A stretch of DNA of 64,000 nt from Candidatus Hydrogenedentota bacterium. Lineage in GTDB: Bacteria > Hydrogenedentota > Hydrogenedentia > Hydrogenedentales > SLHB01. This document shows positions 56,388-64,000 of this stretch, in pieces. The DNA lies in the NCBI GenBank assembly GCA_963668025.2, contig CAXXTH010000023.1, positions 192,001 through 256,000 of the forward strand, in the 5' to 3' direction. The notes beneath the pieces were generated by a model, which searched no databases, was not told where the DNA came from, and saw only the letters and a program-made list of their open reading frames with translations. Position numbers and translations under genes: made by a program. Position 1 is the stretch's first letter. Each line of letters begins with the position of its first letter.

Positions 56388-57050
56388 GTGCTGAATATCT
56401 TTGACCGTATACGCCATCGCTTCTCGGCGTTATACCGCCGTTCGCGTGAACAGAAGTTCCGCTTGTTTCAGGATTTGGCTGCGCTCGAACCGGGCGCGAC
56501 GATCCTCGATGTGGGCGTGGATGTAGGCGAGAACAATCCCTTTGAAAACCTTTTGGAGCAACAGCTCAGCGACACCTACCGCATCGTGGCCGTGACTTTG
56601 GGCAATCCCGCGCATTTGCGCGCCAAATACCCGAAGGTGCGTTTCGTACGCGCCGACGGCTGCGCGCTGCCGTTTCGCGACGATGCCTTCGACACCATGT
56701 TTTCGAACGCGGTCATCGAGCATGTGGGACGAGAGGCGAACCAGCGCCGTTTCACCGAAGAAGCTGTCCGCGTGGCGCGCACGGGATTCATCACCACTCC
56801 CAACTTCTGGTATCCCATCGAGTTGCACACCACGCTGCCCCTGGTCCATTATCTGCCTTGGGGCGTCCGGCGCTATGTTTTCCGGGCGCTGGCGGGACGT
56901 GAGAACGAGGGCTACATGTCGCGTATCCGGCTGTTATCCACGCGCGCGTTCCGGCGGCTTTTTAAGGGTTTGGCGGAAGTACGCATCATACCCGTGCGCA
57001 CGACGTTCTGGCCGGAAACGCTCATCGCGTTCTTCACGCGGGAGAGATAG
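56388..57050 (+). CDS. Class I SAM-dependent methyltransferase
   Basis: ILDVG, ADGCALPFRDDAFD..FSNAVIEHV, TTPN. Confidence 0.92.
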   Translation: MLNIFDRIRHRFSALYRRSREQKFRLFQDLAALEPGATILDVGVDVGENNPFENLLEQQLSDTYRIVAVTLGNPAHLRAKYPKVRFVRADGCALPFRDDAFDTMFSNAVIEHVGREANQRRFTEEAVRVARTGFITTPNFWYPIELHTTLPLVHYLPWGVRRYVFRALAGRENEGYMSRIRLLSTRAFRRLFKGLAEVRIIPVRTTFWPETLIAFFTRER

Positions 57051-57130
57051 GGGCAAGCATGTGTTTGAATGGCGTAGAAAGCTTTATCAAATATCGTTAA
57101 TAAGGAATCGCAAATAAGAACAGAAAACCT

Positions 57131-57189
57131 CTTTGTGCCTTAGTGTCTTTGTGTTGAATTTTCTAACACAAAGGCGCTAAGACACAAGG
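57131..57189. repeat. Back-to-back pair of triple-repeat sites
   Basis: ctttgtgccttagtgtctttgtgtt (57131-57155), 9 bp, aacacaaaggcgctaagacacaagg (57165-57189). Confidence 0.8.
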
Positions 57190-57210
57190 AATATGCAGAC
57201 GGGAGCACAC

Positions 57211-58278
57211 GTGGAAAACATCTTAATCACGGGAGGTGCGGGGTTTGTGGGCGCGTCGCTGGCGCTGGGCCTCAAGCGCCAATATCCCCAGGCGCGCGTC
57301 ACCGCGCTGGACAACCTGAAACGCCGGGGTTCGGAGTTGAACCTGCCGCGCTTGCGCGAGGCGGGCATATCGTTCGTCCATGGCGACATCCGCAATCCGG
57401 AAGACCTCGCCGAGGTGGGGGCGGCGGACTTGCTCATCGAATGCAGCGCCGAACCGTCCGTGCTCGCGGGATTCAACGGCTCGCCCGCATACCTGATCCA
57501 CACCAACCTGGACGGCACGATCAATTGCCTCGAAGCGGCGCGCAAACACCAGGCGGCGGTGTTGTTTCTCTCGACGAGCCGCGTGTATCCCGTGGCCACG
57601 ATCAACCGATTGCGCCGCCGCGAGGAAGCCACGCGCTTCGTCCTCGAAGAAGAACAGCCGATGCCGGGGGCTTCGGCGCACGGCATCGCCGAGGATTTTC
57701 CCCTCGAAGGCCCGCGCTCGCTCTACGGCGCGACGAAACTGTGTTCCGAGTATATCCTTCAAGAGTACATCGACATGTACGGCATCCAGGGCGTCATTAA
57801 TCGCTGTGGCGTCCTCACGGGCCCCTGGCAAATGGGCAAAGTGGACCAGGGCGTTGTCGTGCTCTGGGTGGCGCGGCATCTCTTCGGCGGTTCGCTGAAT
57901 TACATCGGCTATGGCGGGCTAGGCAAACAAGTGCGGGATATGCTGCATGTGGACGACCTGCTCCGGTTGGTGCTGTACCAGATCGAGCACCTCGATGCGC
58001 TCAACGGGCGGACGTTCAACGTGGGCGGCGGCGTTGATGTGAGTACGTCGCTCCTCGAATTAACGGGCCTGTGCCAGGAAGCTACGGGACGCGTCATCGA
58101 CATTGGCGGCGTGGCGGAAGAACGCCCGGCGGATATTCCGCTGTATATCACCGATAACACACGTGTCACGCAAGCCACGGGGTGGCGTCCCGAGAAAGGC
58201 GTGGGGGACATCATCACGGAAATCACGGCTTGGATCCGTGCGCACGAAGCGGCCTTGCGGCCGATTTTGGGGGCGTAA
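57211..58278 (+). CDS. NAD-dependent epimerase/dehydratase (CDP-paratose 2-epimerase-like)
   Basis: ILITGGAGFVG, STS, YGATK, GKVDQG..LW, G.GKQVRD.LHVDD. Confidence 0.92.
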   Translation: MENILITGGAGFVGASLALGLKRQYPQARVTALDNLKRRGSELNLPRLREAGISFVHGDIRNPEDLAEVGAADLLIECSAEPSVLAGFNGSPAYLIHTNLDGTINCLEAARKHQAAVLFLSTSRVYPVATINRLRRREEATRFVLEEEQPMPGASAHGIAEDFPLEGPRSLYGATKLCSEYILQEYIDMYGIQGVINRCGVLTGPWQMGKVDQGVVVLWVARHLFGGSLNYIGYGGLGKQVRDMLHVDDLLRLVLYQIEHLDALNGRTFNVGGGVDVSTSLLELTGLCQEATGRVIDIGGVAEERPADIPLYITDNTRVTQATGWRPEKGVGDIITEITAWIRAHEAALRPILGA

Positions 58279-58283
58279 TCCAT

Positions 58284-59030
58284 ATGGATGGCGTGGCAGG
58301 CGAACCGCCGCTCGATACGCGCCCGCTCCGGCGCGTATACAAGGGCGTGCTGCTCGTTGTAGCGATTTGGCTGGCGGCATTCACGGCGGGCATCTACGTT
58401 GTTGCGGCGTATGGCCGCCCGTGGGTCGAGCATCTCGATGAACAGATCGGCGAGCGTGTGGCGGAGCAAGCGCGGCGGCTGGCCAATGCGGGACTCACCG
58501 CGGAAGCCATGGAAACGTACCGGCGCGCCCTTGCGCTGAAGTTCGACGATCCCATGCAGAAAGTGTGGCAGACCCAGGAATTCCTCAAACTGCTGCTTGA
58601 TGAACGCCAATACGAAGAGGCCGTACAGGTGGCCCATGACGCCATCGCCCTCGATCCGAACAATGGCCTGCCGTATAGCTTGCTGAATAAGGCCCTCCGC
58701 GAAGCGGGCCGCCATGCGGACGCCGCCGCGTCCGCGAAGGAGTGGGCGCAATGGGCGGCGTCGAGCCAGCAATATGACGCGCAAGCTTGGGCGGAATATT
58801 ATGCAGGCCAATCGTATCTGGCTTTGAACGACAACGAAAATGCGCTGGCCGCATTCCAGGCTGGGTATCAGGCGTCACCGTCGGCGGAGAACGCCCTTGC
58901 CGCCGCGCGCATCCTGTGCGGGCAGCAGCGATATGAGGAAGCGCGGCCACTGCTGGAGTATGTCATCAGCCATGACCAAGGCGCGAAGCGGGATCGGGCG
59001 CGTGAATTGCTTGCGGAGAGTGCGTCATGA
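58284..59030 (+). CDS. Membrane-anchored TPR protein
   Basis: One N-terminal TM segment then TPR-like helical repeats (AIALDPNN, YYAGQSY, YEEARPLLE). Confidence 0.75.
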   Translation: MDGVAGEPPLDTRPLRRVYKGVLLVVAIWLAAFTAGIYVVAAYGRPWVEHLDEQIGERVAEQARRLANAGLTAEAMETYRRALALKFDDPMQKVWQTQEFLKLLLDERQYEEAVQVAHDAIALDPNNGLPYSLLNKALREAGRHADAAASAKEWAQWAASSQQYDAQAWAEYYAGQSYLALNDNENALAAFQAGYQASPSAENALAAARILCGQQRYEEARPLLEYVISHDQGAKRDRARELLAESAS

Positions 59031-60100
59031 AATGGCTGGCGTTTTTTGCGTCTGTTGTGATGGTGGGATGGGCCACCTGCGCCGCCGATGACTTGTTGCC
59101 GTCCATCGAGGCGCTTGGGAAGGCGCTGGCTAATCCCACGTTTCCAAACGGCGCGCCCCAGTTTCCCATCCCCGTGCGCCCGCCGATTTTTGAATACGAA
59201 GGCAAGCTGCCCACGGCGCAGCTTCTTGGCTTCGATCTCGCGCAACATGGCGCGCCGGTGGCGGGCGGAGTGCCGTCACTGCAAGTGGGCGAGCCTATCG
59301 AGATCACCCTGTATTGGCGGCCTATTAGCAGGCTCGTGGAAACCACGCGGATCGGCGTCAATATCCGCGATGAGGGGGTAGGCCCCGCGCCGGGATTTTT
59401 TAAAACATATCCTATCGAGATCACACCGTGGCGCTTTGGAGAAATCCGCACGCAACGCATTCTCCTCGATATGCCCACGGGCCAATTCGTGGGTGATGGC
59501 GTGCTCTCGTTTTTTCTGACTTGGGAAGGGGCGAACTGGAAAGATTGGGCATATCTCTATCGCGGGCCCGTGCGTGTGCCCGCCGTCTTGTGGCCGTCGA
59601 AATTGGATGCGGAACGCCTTACGGAGTTGTTCGGCAACGGCGCGGAGCGTTTAGATGCGGCGTTCCGGCTCGCGCCGGGCGCGGAACTGGGCATCGACGT
59701 ACCTGGAAGCCGTGGCGGACCAATCTCGGCTATTGGGCTGGTTTCCTGTGTGAGCTGGACAAGCGATTTCGCTCAAGGCGCGCCCATTTGCCGGATTCAA
59801 TGTGTGGACGGCGCCACGGGCGAGGCGCAGGACGTGGAAGTGCAATGCGGCGTATCCACGGCGCTTGAGCGGTATGACCTCTATCCGACTGGCGCGCTCA
59901 AGAGCAACAAGATCGACATTGCATATAGCGAGGAACGAACGGATTCGGAGACGAAAAAGCTTTATGCGGCGCATCGGTATATAAGCCGTGTTGCGCTGCC
60001 TGCTTCCATGCGGCCCACGCGGCTGGTCTTTACTTATATGGCGGATGCGGGCGTGCTTGATGTGGAAGGCCTCGCGCTGCTCCCGGAGGGCGCGCCATGA
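59027..60100 (+). CDS. Hypothetical secreted protein
   Basis: Signal peptide MKWLAFFASVVMVGWATCA. ATGA overlaps with both neighbours. Confidence 0.75.
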   Translation: MKWLAFFASVVMVGWATCAADDLLPSIEALGKALANPTFPNGAPQFPIPVRPPIFEYEGKLPTAQLLGFDLAQHGAPVAGGVPSLQVGEPIEITLYWRPISRLVETTRIGVNIRDEGVGPAPGFFKTYPIEITPWRFGEIRTQRILLDMPTGQFVGDGVLSFFLTWEGANWKDWAYLYRGPVRVPAVLWPSKLDAERLTELFGNGAERLDAAFRLAPGAELGIDVPGSRGGPISAIGLVSCVSWTSDFAQGAPICRIQCVDGATGEAQDVEVQCGVSTALERYDLYPTGALKSNKIDIAYSEERTDSETKKLYAAHRYISRVALPASMRPTRLVFTYMADAGVLDVEGLALLPEGAP

Positions 60101-61992
60101 ACCTATGCGGCGCATTCAGCCGGGCGCAAGGCTTTTTGCTCTTCTTCATGGCGCTCGTGTTGCCATGGGAGTTGTTTCAGCGTTTGCCTATTGTAGGTGG
60201 CACCGCCGCCAAACTCGCGGGCGCATTGCTCCTCCTCATGGGCCTGTTGCGCCTGCTGTTGTGCAAGCCCCGCGCATTACCGCGCACCCGGCTCGAAGGC
60301 CCCATCCTGCTCTTAGTTGCCGCATGCTTGCTCGCCACGGCCCACAGCATCGACCGCGCGGCATCGCTGGCGCTGTTGCAGGTATACGGCGCATATCTGC
60401 TCTTCTTCTATGCCGCCGCCAAGGCCGTGGGCAGCCCTATCGACGCACGCCGGTATGGCGCGGCGTTCATCGCATCGTCGGCTGCCGTGGCGGTGCTCAC
60501 CCTCGCATGCCGCGCCGGTTGGCTGTATCCCACCTGGTGGCAGCCGCTCACGATCCCCTGGACAGGCCGCCTCATTGATGTGGCGCGGGCAGGCGGATTG
60601 ATGCGTATGGCAGGCGCGAGCGCCGACCTCAATCAAGGCGTGCTCCCGCTGCTATTGGCCTTCGCGCTATCTGTTTTCCTCTTCGACTACCGAGCCTTGC
60701 GGCGTCCCGCACGCGTGGGGCTTCACGCCGCCCAAGCGCTCTTGGTGCTGGGCATGGCTATCGCCCAATCGCGCAGCTCGTTGTTGTGCGCGGCCATCGT
60801 GGTGCTGATCCCCGCCACGCGTGGTTTGCGCCAGTACATAGGAACGCGGCGCTTCATGGCGCTATTTGCGCTCGGAATCGCTGCGGGCGCTATTATCGCC
60901 CTTTTCGGCCTGCACCGAATCGTGGTGCGCGACGACTTATCCGTGCACTCCCGGATGATGGCCTACCGGGCGGGCATCGCCTTGCTGCCGCGGTATGCCC
61001 TGCTGGGCGCGGGCTTCAACGCCTCGGACGCCGCCATCGCACAGACGCCCTACGATGCGGAAACGGAAGGCCAAACCATTCACAACGTACCGTTGAAATT
61101 TCTGCTCGAAACGGGCGTCCTGGGTTTTACGGCGTATCTGTGGTTGTGGTTCACGATTGTTGCCGCGCCGATACGCTGCTTGCGGGCGAGCGGCGATCCC
61201 GCCTTGCAGCGCCTGGCGCGGGCCTTTCTCGCCGCATCGGGCTGCCTCTTCGCCGTCACGCTCGTGCAGCCCTTCATGGCCACGCCCGTATATCCCTTCC
61301 TGCTCGCCGTGGCCATGGGACCGTTGTCCATGCGGCGGGAAGCGGAGCCGGAATGGCGTATGCCCCGCGCCGTCCTGTATGCCGCCGCAGTGCTGGCGGG
61401 CCTGTTGGTGGCGTGCAACGTATATCGTTATCAGAAGGATTGCCGGTTGGTGGCGCGGTTCAGCGATGCGCTCGCGCCCGTGCCTCAGGCCGAACGGGAT
61501 GGCCGCTGGGCTGATGCCCAAGCTGGATATGAGGCTGCTTTGGCGTTCGCCGCGCCGGAGCTTGGCCCGCACCTGGGCGATGGGCCGTTCTACGATGCGC
61601 AAGCCCGCTTGTTTGATCTGCCGCGCATCTACGACGCCATGCATCTGGGCGCGCTCGATGTGGACCCCGAGGCGGCGTGCCGGCTGGGCGTCGGGCGCGT
61701 GTTGTTTTCTCTAGGCAATGCCAGCGGCGCGATGCCCTATTTCGACGCAGCTATCGCACGCGAGCCGGAATGGGCAGGTGCGCATTATGTCCGCGCCGAG
61801 GCTTTATGGCATATGGAGCGCTACACGGATGCGTTGCACGCATACGCCGAAGCAGCCCGCCTCGAACCGCTTCCCCGCAACCGGCTGCATCGCCTGGCAA
61901 TGCAGCGCATCAAAGATCGGACGGATCAGGCGGATCGGTCCGATCTCTTGGAGCGCGCCTTTTGGTTACTCAAGCGCGGCGTCGCCGAATAG
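60097..61992 (+). CDS. O-antigen ligase/Wzy-like membrane protein with C-terminal TPR
   Basis: Multiple TM segments, AQSRSS, S..SR, LLGAG, IHNVPLKFLLETGVLG, then TPR-like repeats. Confidence 0.85.
   Translation: MNLCGAFSRAQGFLLFFMALVLPWELFQRLPIVGGTAAKLAGALLLLMGLLRLLLCKPRALPRTRLEGPILLLVAACLLATAHSIDRAASLALLQVYGAYLLFFYAAAKAVGSPIDARRYGAAFIASSAAVAVLTLACRAGWLYPTWWQPLTIPWTGRLIDVARAGGLMRMAGASADLNQGVLPLLLAFALSVFLFDYRALRRPARVGLHAAQALLVLGMAIAQSRSSLLCAAIVVLIPATRGLRQYIGTRRFMALFALGIAAGAIIALFGLHRIVVRDDLSVHSRMMAYRAGIALLPRYALLGAGFNASDAAIAQTPYDAETEGQTIHNVPLKFLLETGVLGFTAYLWLWFTIVAAPIRCLRASGDPALQRLARAFLAASGCLFAVTLVQPFMATPVYPFLLAVAMGPLSMRREAEPEWRMPRAVLYAAAVLAGLLVACNVYRYQKDCRLVARFSDALAPVPQAERDGRWADAQAGYEAALAFAAPELGPHLGDGPFYDAQARLFDLPRIYDAMHLGALDVDPEAACRLGVGRVLFSLGNASGAMPYFDAAIAREPEWAGAHYVRAEALWHMERYTDALHAYAEAARLEPLPRNRLHRLAMQRIKDRTDQADRSDLLERAFWLLKRGVAE
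61915..61950. repeat. Tandem 9-bp repeat, four GATC-initiated units
   Basis: gatcggacg gatcaggcg gatcggtcc gatctcttg. Confidence 0.75.
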
Positions 61993-63999
61993 CAACACCA
62001 TGCGGTATTGCGCCAGTTCATCATCCACGGCCAGTTCCGTTGGTGTGGCAGGCTTGAAGCGCGCCAGCGGTTCGGCTTGCCCCTCGCCATATACCAGCGC
62101 TTCCTGAATGGGACGCTCAAAGGTGAGCGTGGCCGGTTTCGTCACCACCACGCGCATGCGGCGCGTTTGTTGCAGTTCCCGGCCATCTTCCGACGCGCAT
62201 ACCACACGGCCCGCGCTGGTTTGCACCACCAGTTTACCTCCGGCGCGAATAGTACCCGCGCCTTCCGCTAATAGCAGGCCGTGTTCGCCCATCAAAGCCA
62301 TGCCGTAATCCATCAAGCCCATATCCACGCGCTGGCCGGGCAGTTCAAGGACCGCTTCAGGTGCAGCGCCCATCAGGATATATAACATGCCATTGGCCAC
62401 GCGCCGGACCAGCAGCCGGGCGGTTTCTGGCGTGAAGGCTATGCGCGGCAACTCGGGGTTTGTTTTCCATGCCGTATCGCCAGCGGCATAAACACGCAGG
62501 CCCTTATCGGCGCATTTTTCGAGAGCTAACCGGGACTGCTCTTGCAGAGGCCCTAAGCAGATAACAAACCGAGCGGTTTTGGGCAGCGTTTCAATTGCGG
62601 ATTCCCGCCATACGCCGAAGACAGCCCCTTGGGACCACAGGGCTTTCAACGTTTCCAGCGCGCTGGGTATGGCGTTCGTGTCAGCTTCGGGCGCTAGGGC
62701 ATAGGCCGTTTCCGGCTGAATACGCCGGGCGAAGTATTCGCCGAACTGGGCCATGCGCCATAGCGCCCGCGCTGCATCCGCCATGAACGGCGTGCCGTGG
62801 TAGATGGAGCCATACCCGAAACCACTCGGCCAAGGGCAAAGGCCCACGCTCTGTTCCGAGGTGTTTTGCTGGGCATATTCGACGATGGGAGCGAACCAGC
62901 GCGGATCCGGTTGGTCGAGCGACCGGCGCAACGGCATGGGCTCGAAGGCCTGTTCCTTCGCGAGTACGCTCACACCCCACTCGTAGGACATGGCGGCCGA
63001 TGCGCCGCCCGCCAGGCTATAGTGCATGGCGTCGTCATATGTCTGGGGATTGTTCCAGCCGAGATTGCCGAATTCTTCGAGCAAGAGGGGCCGTTTCGAG
63101 CAGGCCGCATCCCAATATTGCGTCGTGGCGGCGATGTCCTCCGCCGCGAAATAGCCGTGCCAGGGCATCAAGGGCGCGTTTTCATTCGCGAGATAGGTGT
63201 CGCCGCCATCACTCAACGAGAACATATAGCCGGGAAACACGAGTTGGCGGCCTCCCACCTCACGGATCGCTTTAGCCATTTCGTCCGCCCAGCGCCGGTA
63301 GAGGAGCGTGTCACGCCGGATGCCAGGTTCGTTCGGGATGCCATCCCATTGCTGTGCTTCCGGGTCCATTTGGGAGGCGTCGGGGGCCTTAACATATGTC
63401 TCATTGGCCAAGTTGAACATCACATTTCCCGCGTTCTTCCACCGCCGCGCCAAGGTTTGCACATAGGTGCGCTGGAGGTCCAGATTGCGCAAGGAAAAGC
63501 TGTAGACATTGAAATCGTGCGCATGATTAAACGTAAACTGCTGGAATGAGCCGTCCGGGCTCTCGAATCCTAGATGGCCCGCCCATTGGTGGAACACGCA
63601 CACATCCAGCATGATGCCATTTTCCGCCGCGAGATAGACCGCCGCGTCCATGGCGCGCAGGGCGGGCTCATCGAGATAGGGGTCCACCCAAATCCGTACG
63701 ATGCGGTTGCCCGCGCGGCGCATGGCGGCGAAATCCTGGGCCGCCCGCACCGAATCAAAATCGCGCCATGTCCGCTCGATCCACACACTCGATGGGTAGT
63801 AATGCGTGCCTACATAGAAAGCGTCCTGGCCGTCAAAGTTGAAATTCGTTCCCGCCAGCTTCATGGGATTCGGGGTGTCGATCACATTTCCGACTACGAT
63901 AAAACCAGTCTCACGGGAATCAATAAGCTGGGGCTTGCCCGATTGGGCAGTGACATCCTGCCAGATCTCCGCACGGACGTCATGAAGCCCTTCCTGGCC
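61966..63999 (-). CDS. Clan GH-A (GH5-like) glycoside hydrolase, 5' end outside the window
   Basis: FYVGTHYYP, AGNRIVRIW, FNLANE (acid/base), LLLEEFG (nucleophile). The frame is open from 63885 to the window edge (checked manually). Confidence 0.8.
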   Translation of the reverse strand, partial: GQEGLHDVRAEIWQDVTAQSGKPQLIDSRETGFIVVGNVIDTPNPMKLAGTNFNFDGQDAFYVGTHYYPSSVWIERTWRDFDSVRAAQDFAAMRRAGNRIVRIWVDPYLDEPALRAMDAAVYLAAENGIMLDVCVFHQWAGHLGFESPDGSFQQFTFNHAHDFNVYSFSLRNLDLQRTYVQTLARRWKNAGNVMFNLANETYVKAPDASQMDPEAQQWDGIPNEPGIRRDTLLYRRWADEMAKAIREVGGRQLVFPGYMFSLSDGGDTYLANENAPLMPWHGYFAAEDIAATTQYWDAACSKRPLLLEEFGNLGWNNPQTYDDAMHYSLAGGASAAMSYEWGVSVLAKEQAFEPMPLRRSLDQPDPRWFAPIVEYAQQNTSEQSVGLCPWPSGFGYGSIYHGTPFMADAARALWRMAQFGEYFARRIQPETAYALAPEADTNAIPSALETLKALWSQGAVFGVWRESAIETLPKTARFVICLGPLQEQSRLALEKCADKGLRVYAAGDTAWKTNPELPRIAFTPETARLLVRRVANGMLYILMGAAPEAVLELPGQRVDMGLMDYGMALMGEHGLLLAEGAGTIRAGGKLVVQTSAGRVVCASEDGRELQQTRRMRVVVTKPATLTFERPIQEALVYGEGQAEPLARFKPATPTELAVDDELAQYRMVLLFGDAALE

Positions 64000-64000
64000 T

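Noticed and set aside
3049-57189. CRISPR array or other guide-RNA array among the many repeats
   Set aside because: There is no run of identical 25-45-bp repeats with regular unique spacers and no cas gene. The repeats are dispersed or have 8-10-bp periods.

Overview
Chromosomal window from a GC-rich bacterium. The gene content (PASTA, dockerin and thrombospondin-repeat surface proteins, a prepilin-type protein, multi-PAS hybrid kinases) loosely suggests Candidatus Hydrogenedentota or a similar lineage; this is inference only. It carries housekeeping genes (rpsT, rpsD, argH, aconitase, tsaC, scpA, yraN, mtgA, ridA, mntH, tRNA-Phe, tRNA-Thr), two polysaccharide or cell-surface clusters, signalling proteins, and three complete insertion sequences with visible inverted repeats and target duplications. 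The most unusual material is intergenic. (1) A dispersed family of short triple-repeat sites (7-bp core, 8-10-bp period) occurs as inverted pairs around AT-rich cargo, once around a whole DUF4062 gene lying next to a hemL 3' remnant. (2) A four-level nest at 3.2-5.7 kb runs REP-bounded element > MITE with 6-bp duplication > palindrome doublet > IS1182 in the hairpin loop. (3) Phased GATC 9-mer arrays lie inside the 3' ends of convergent genes. Two adjacent surface proteins also share a probable C-terminal sorting signal (VPLxW-TM-basic). All calls were made by eye and from recalled motifs; no searches were run.
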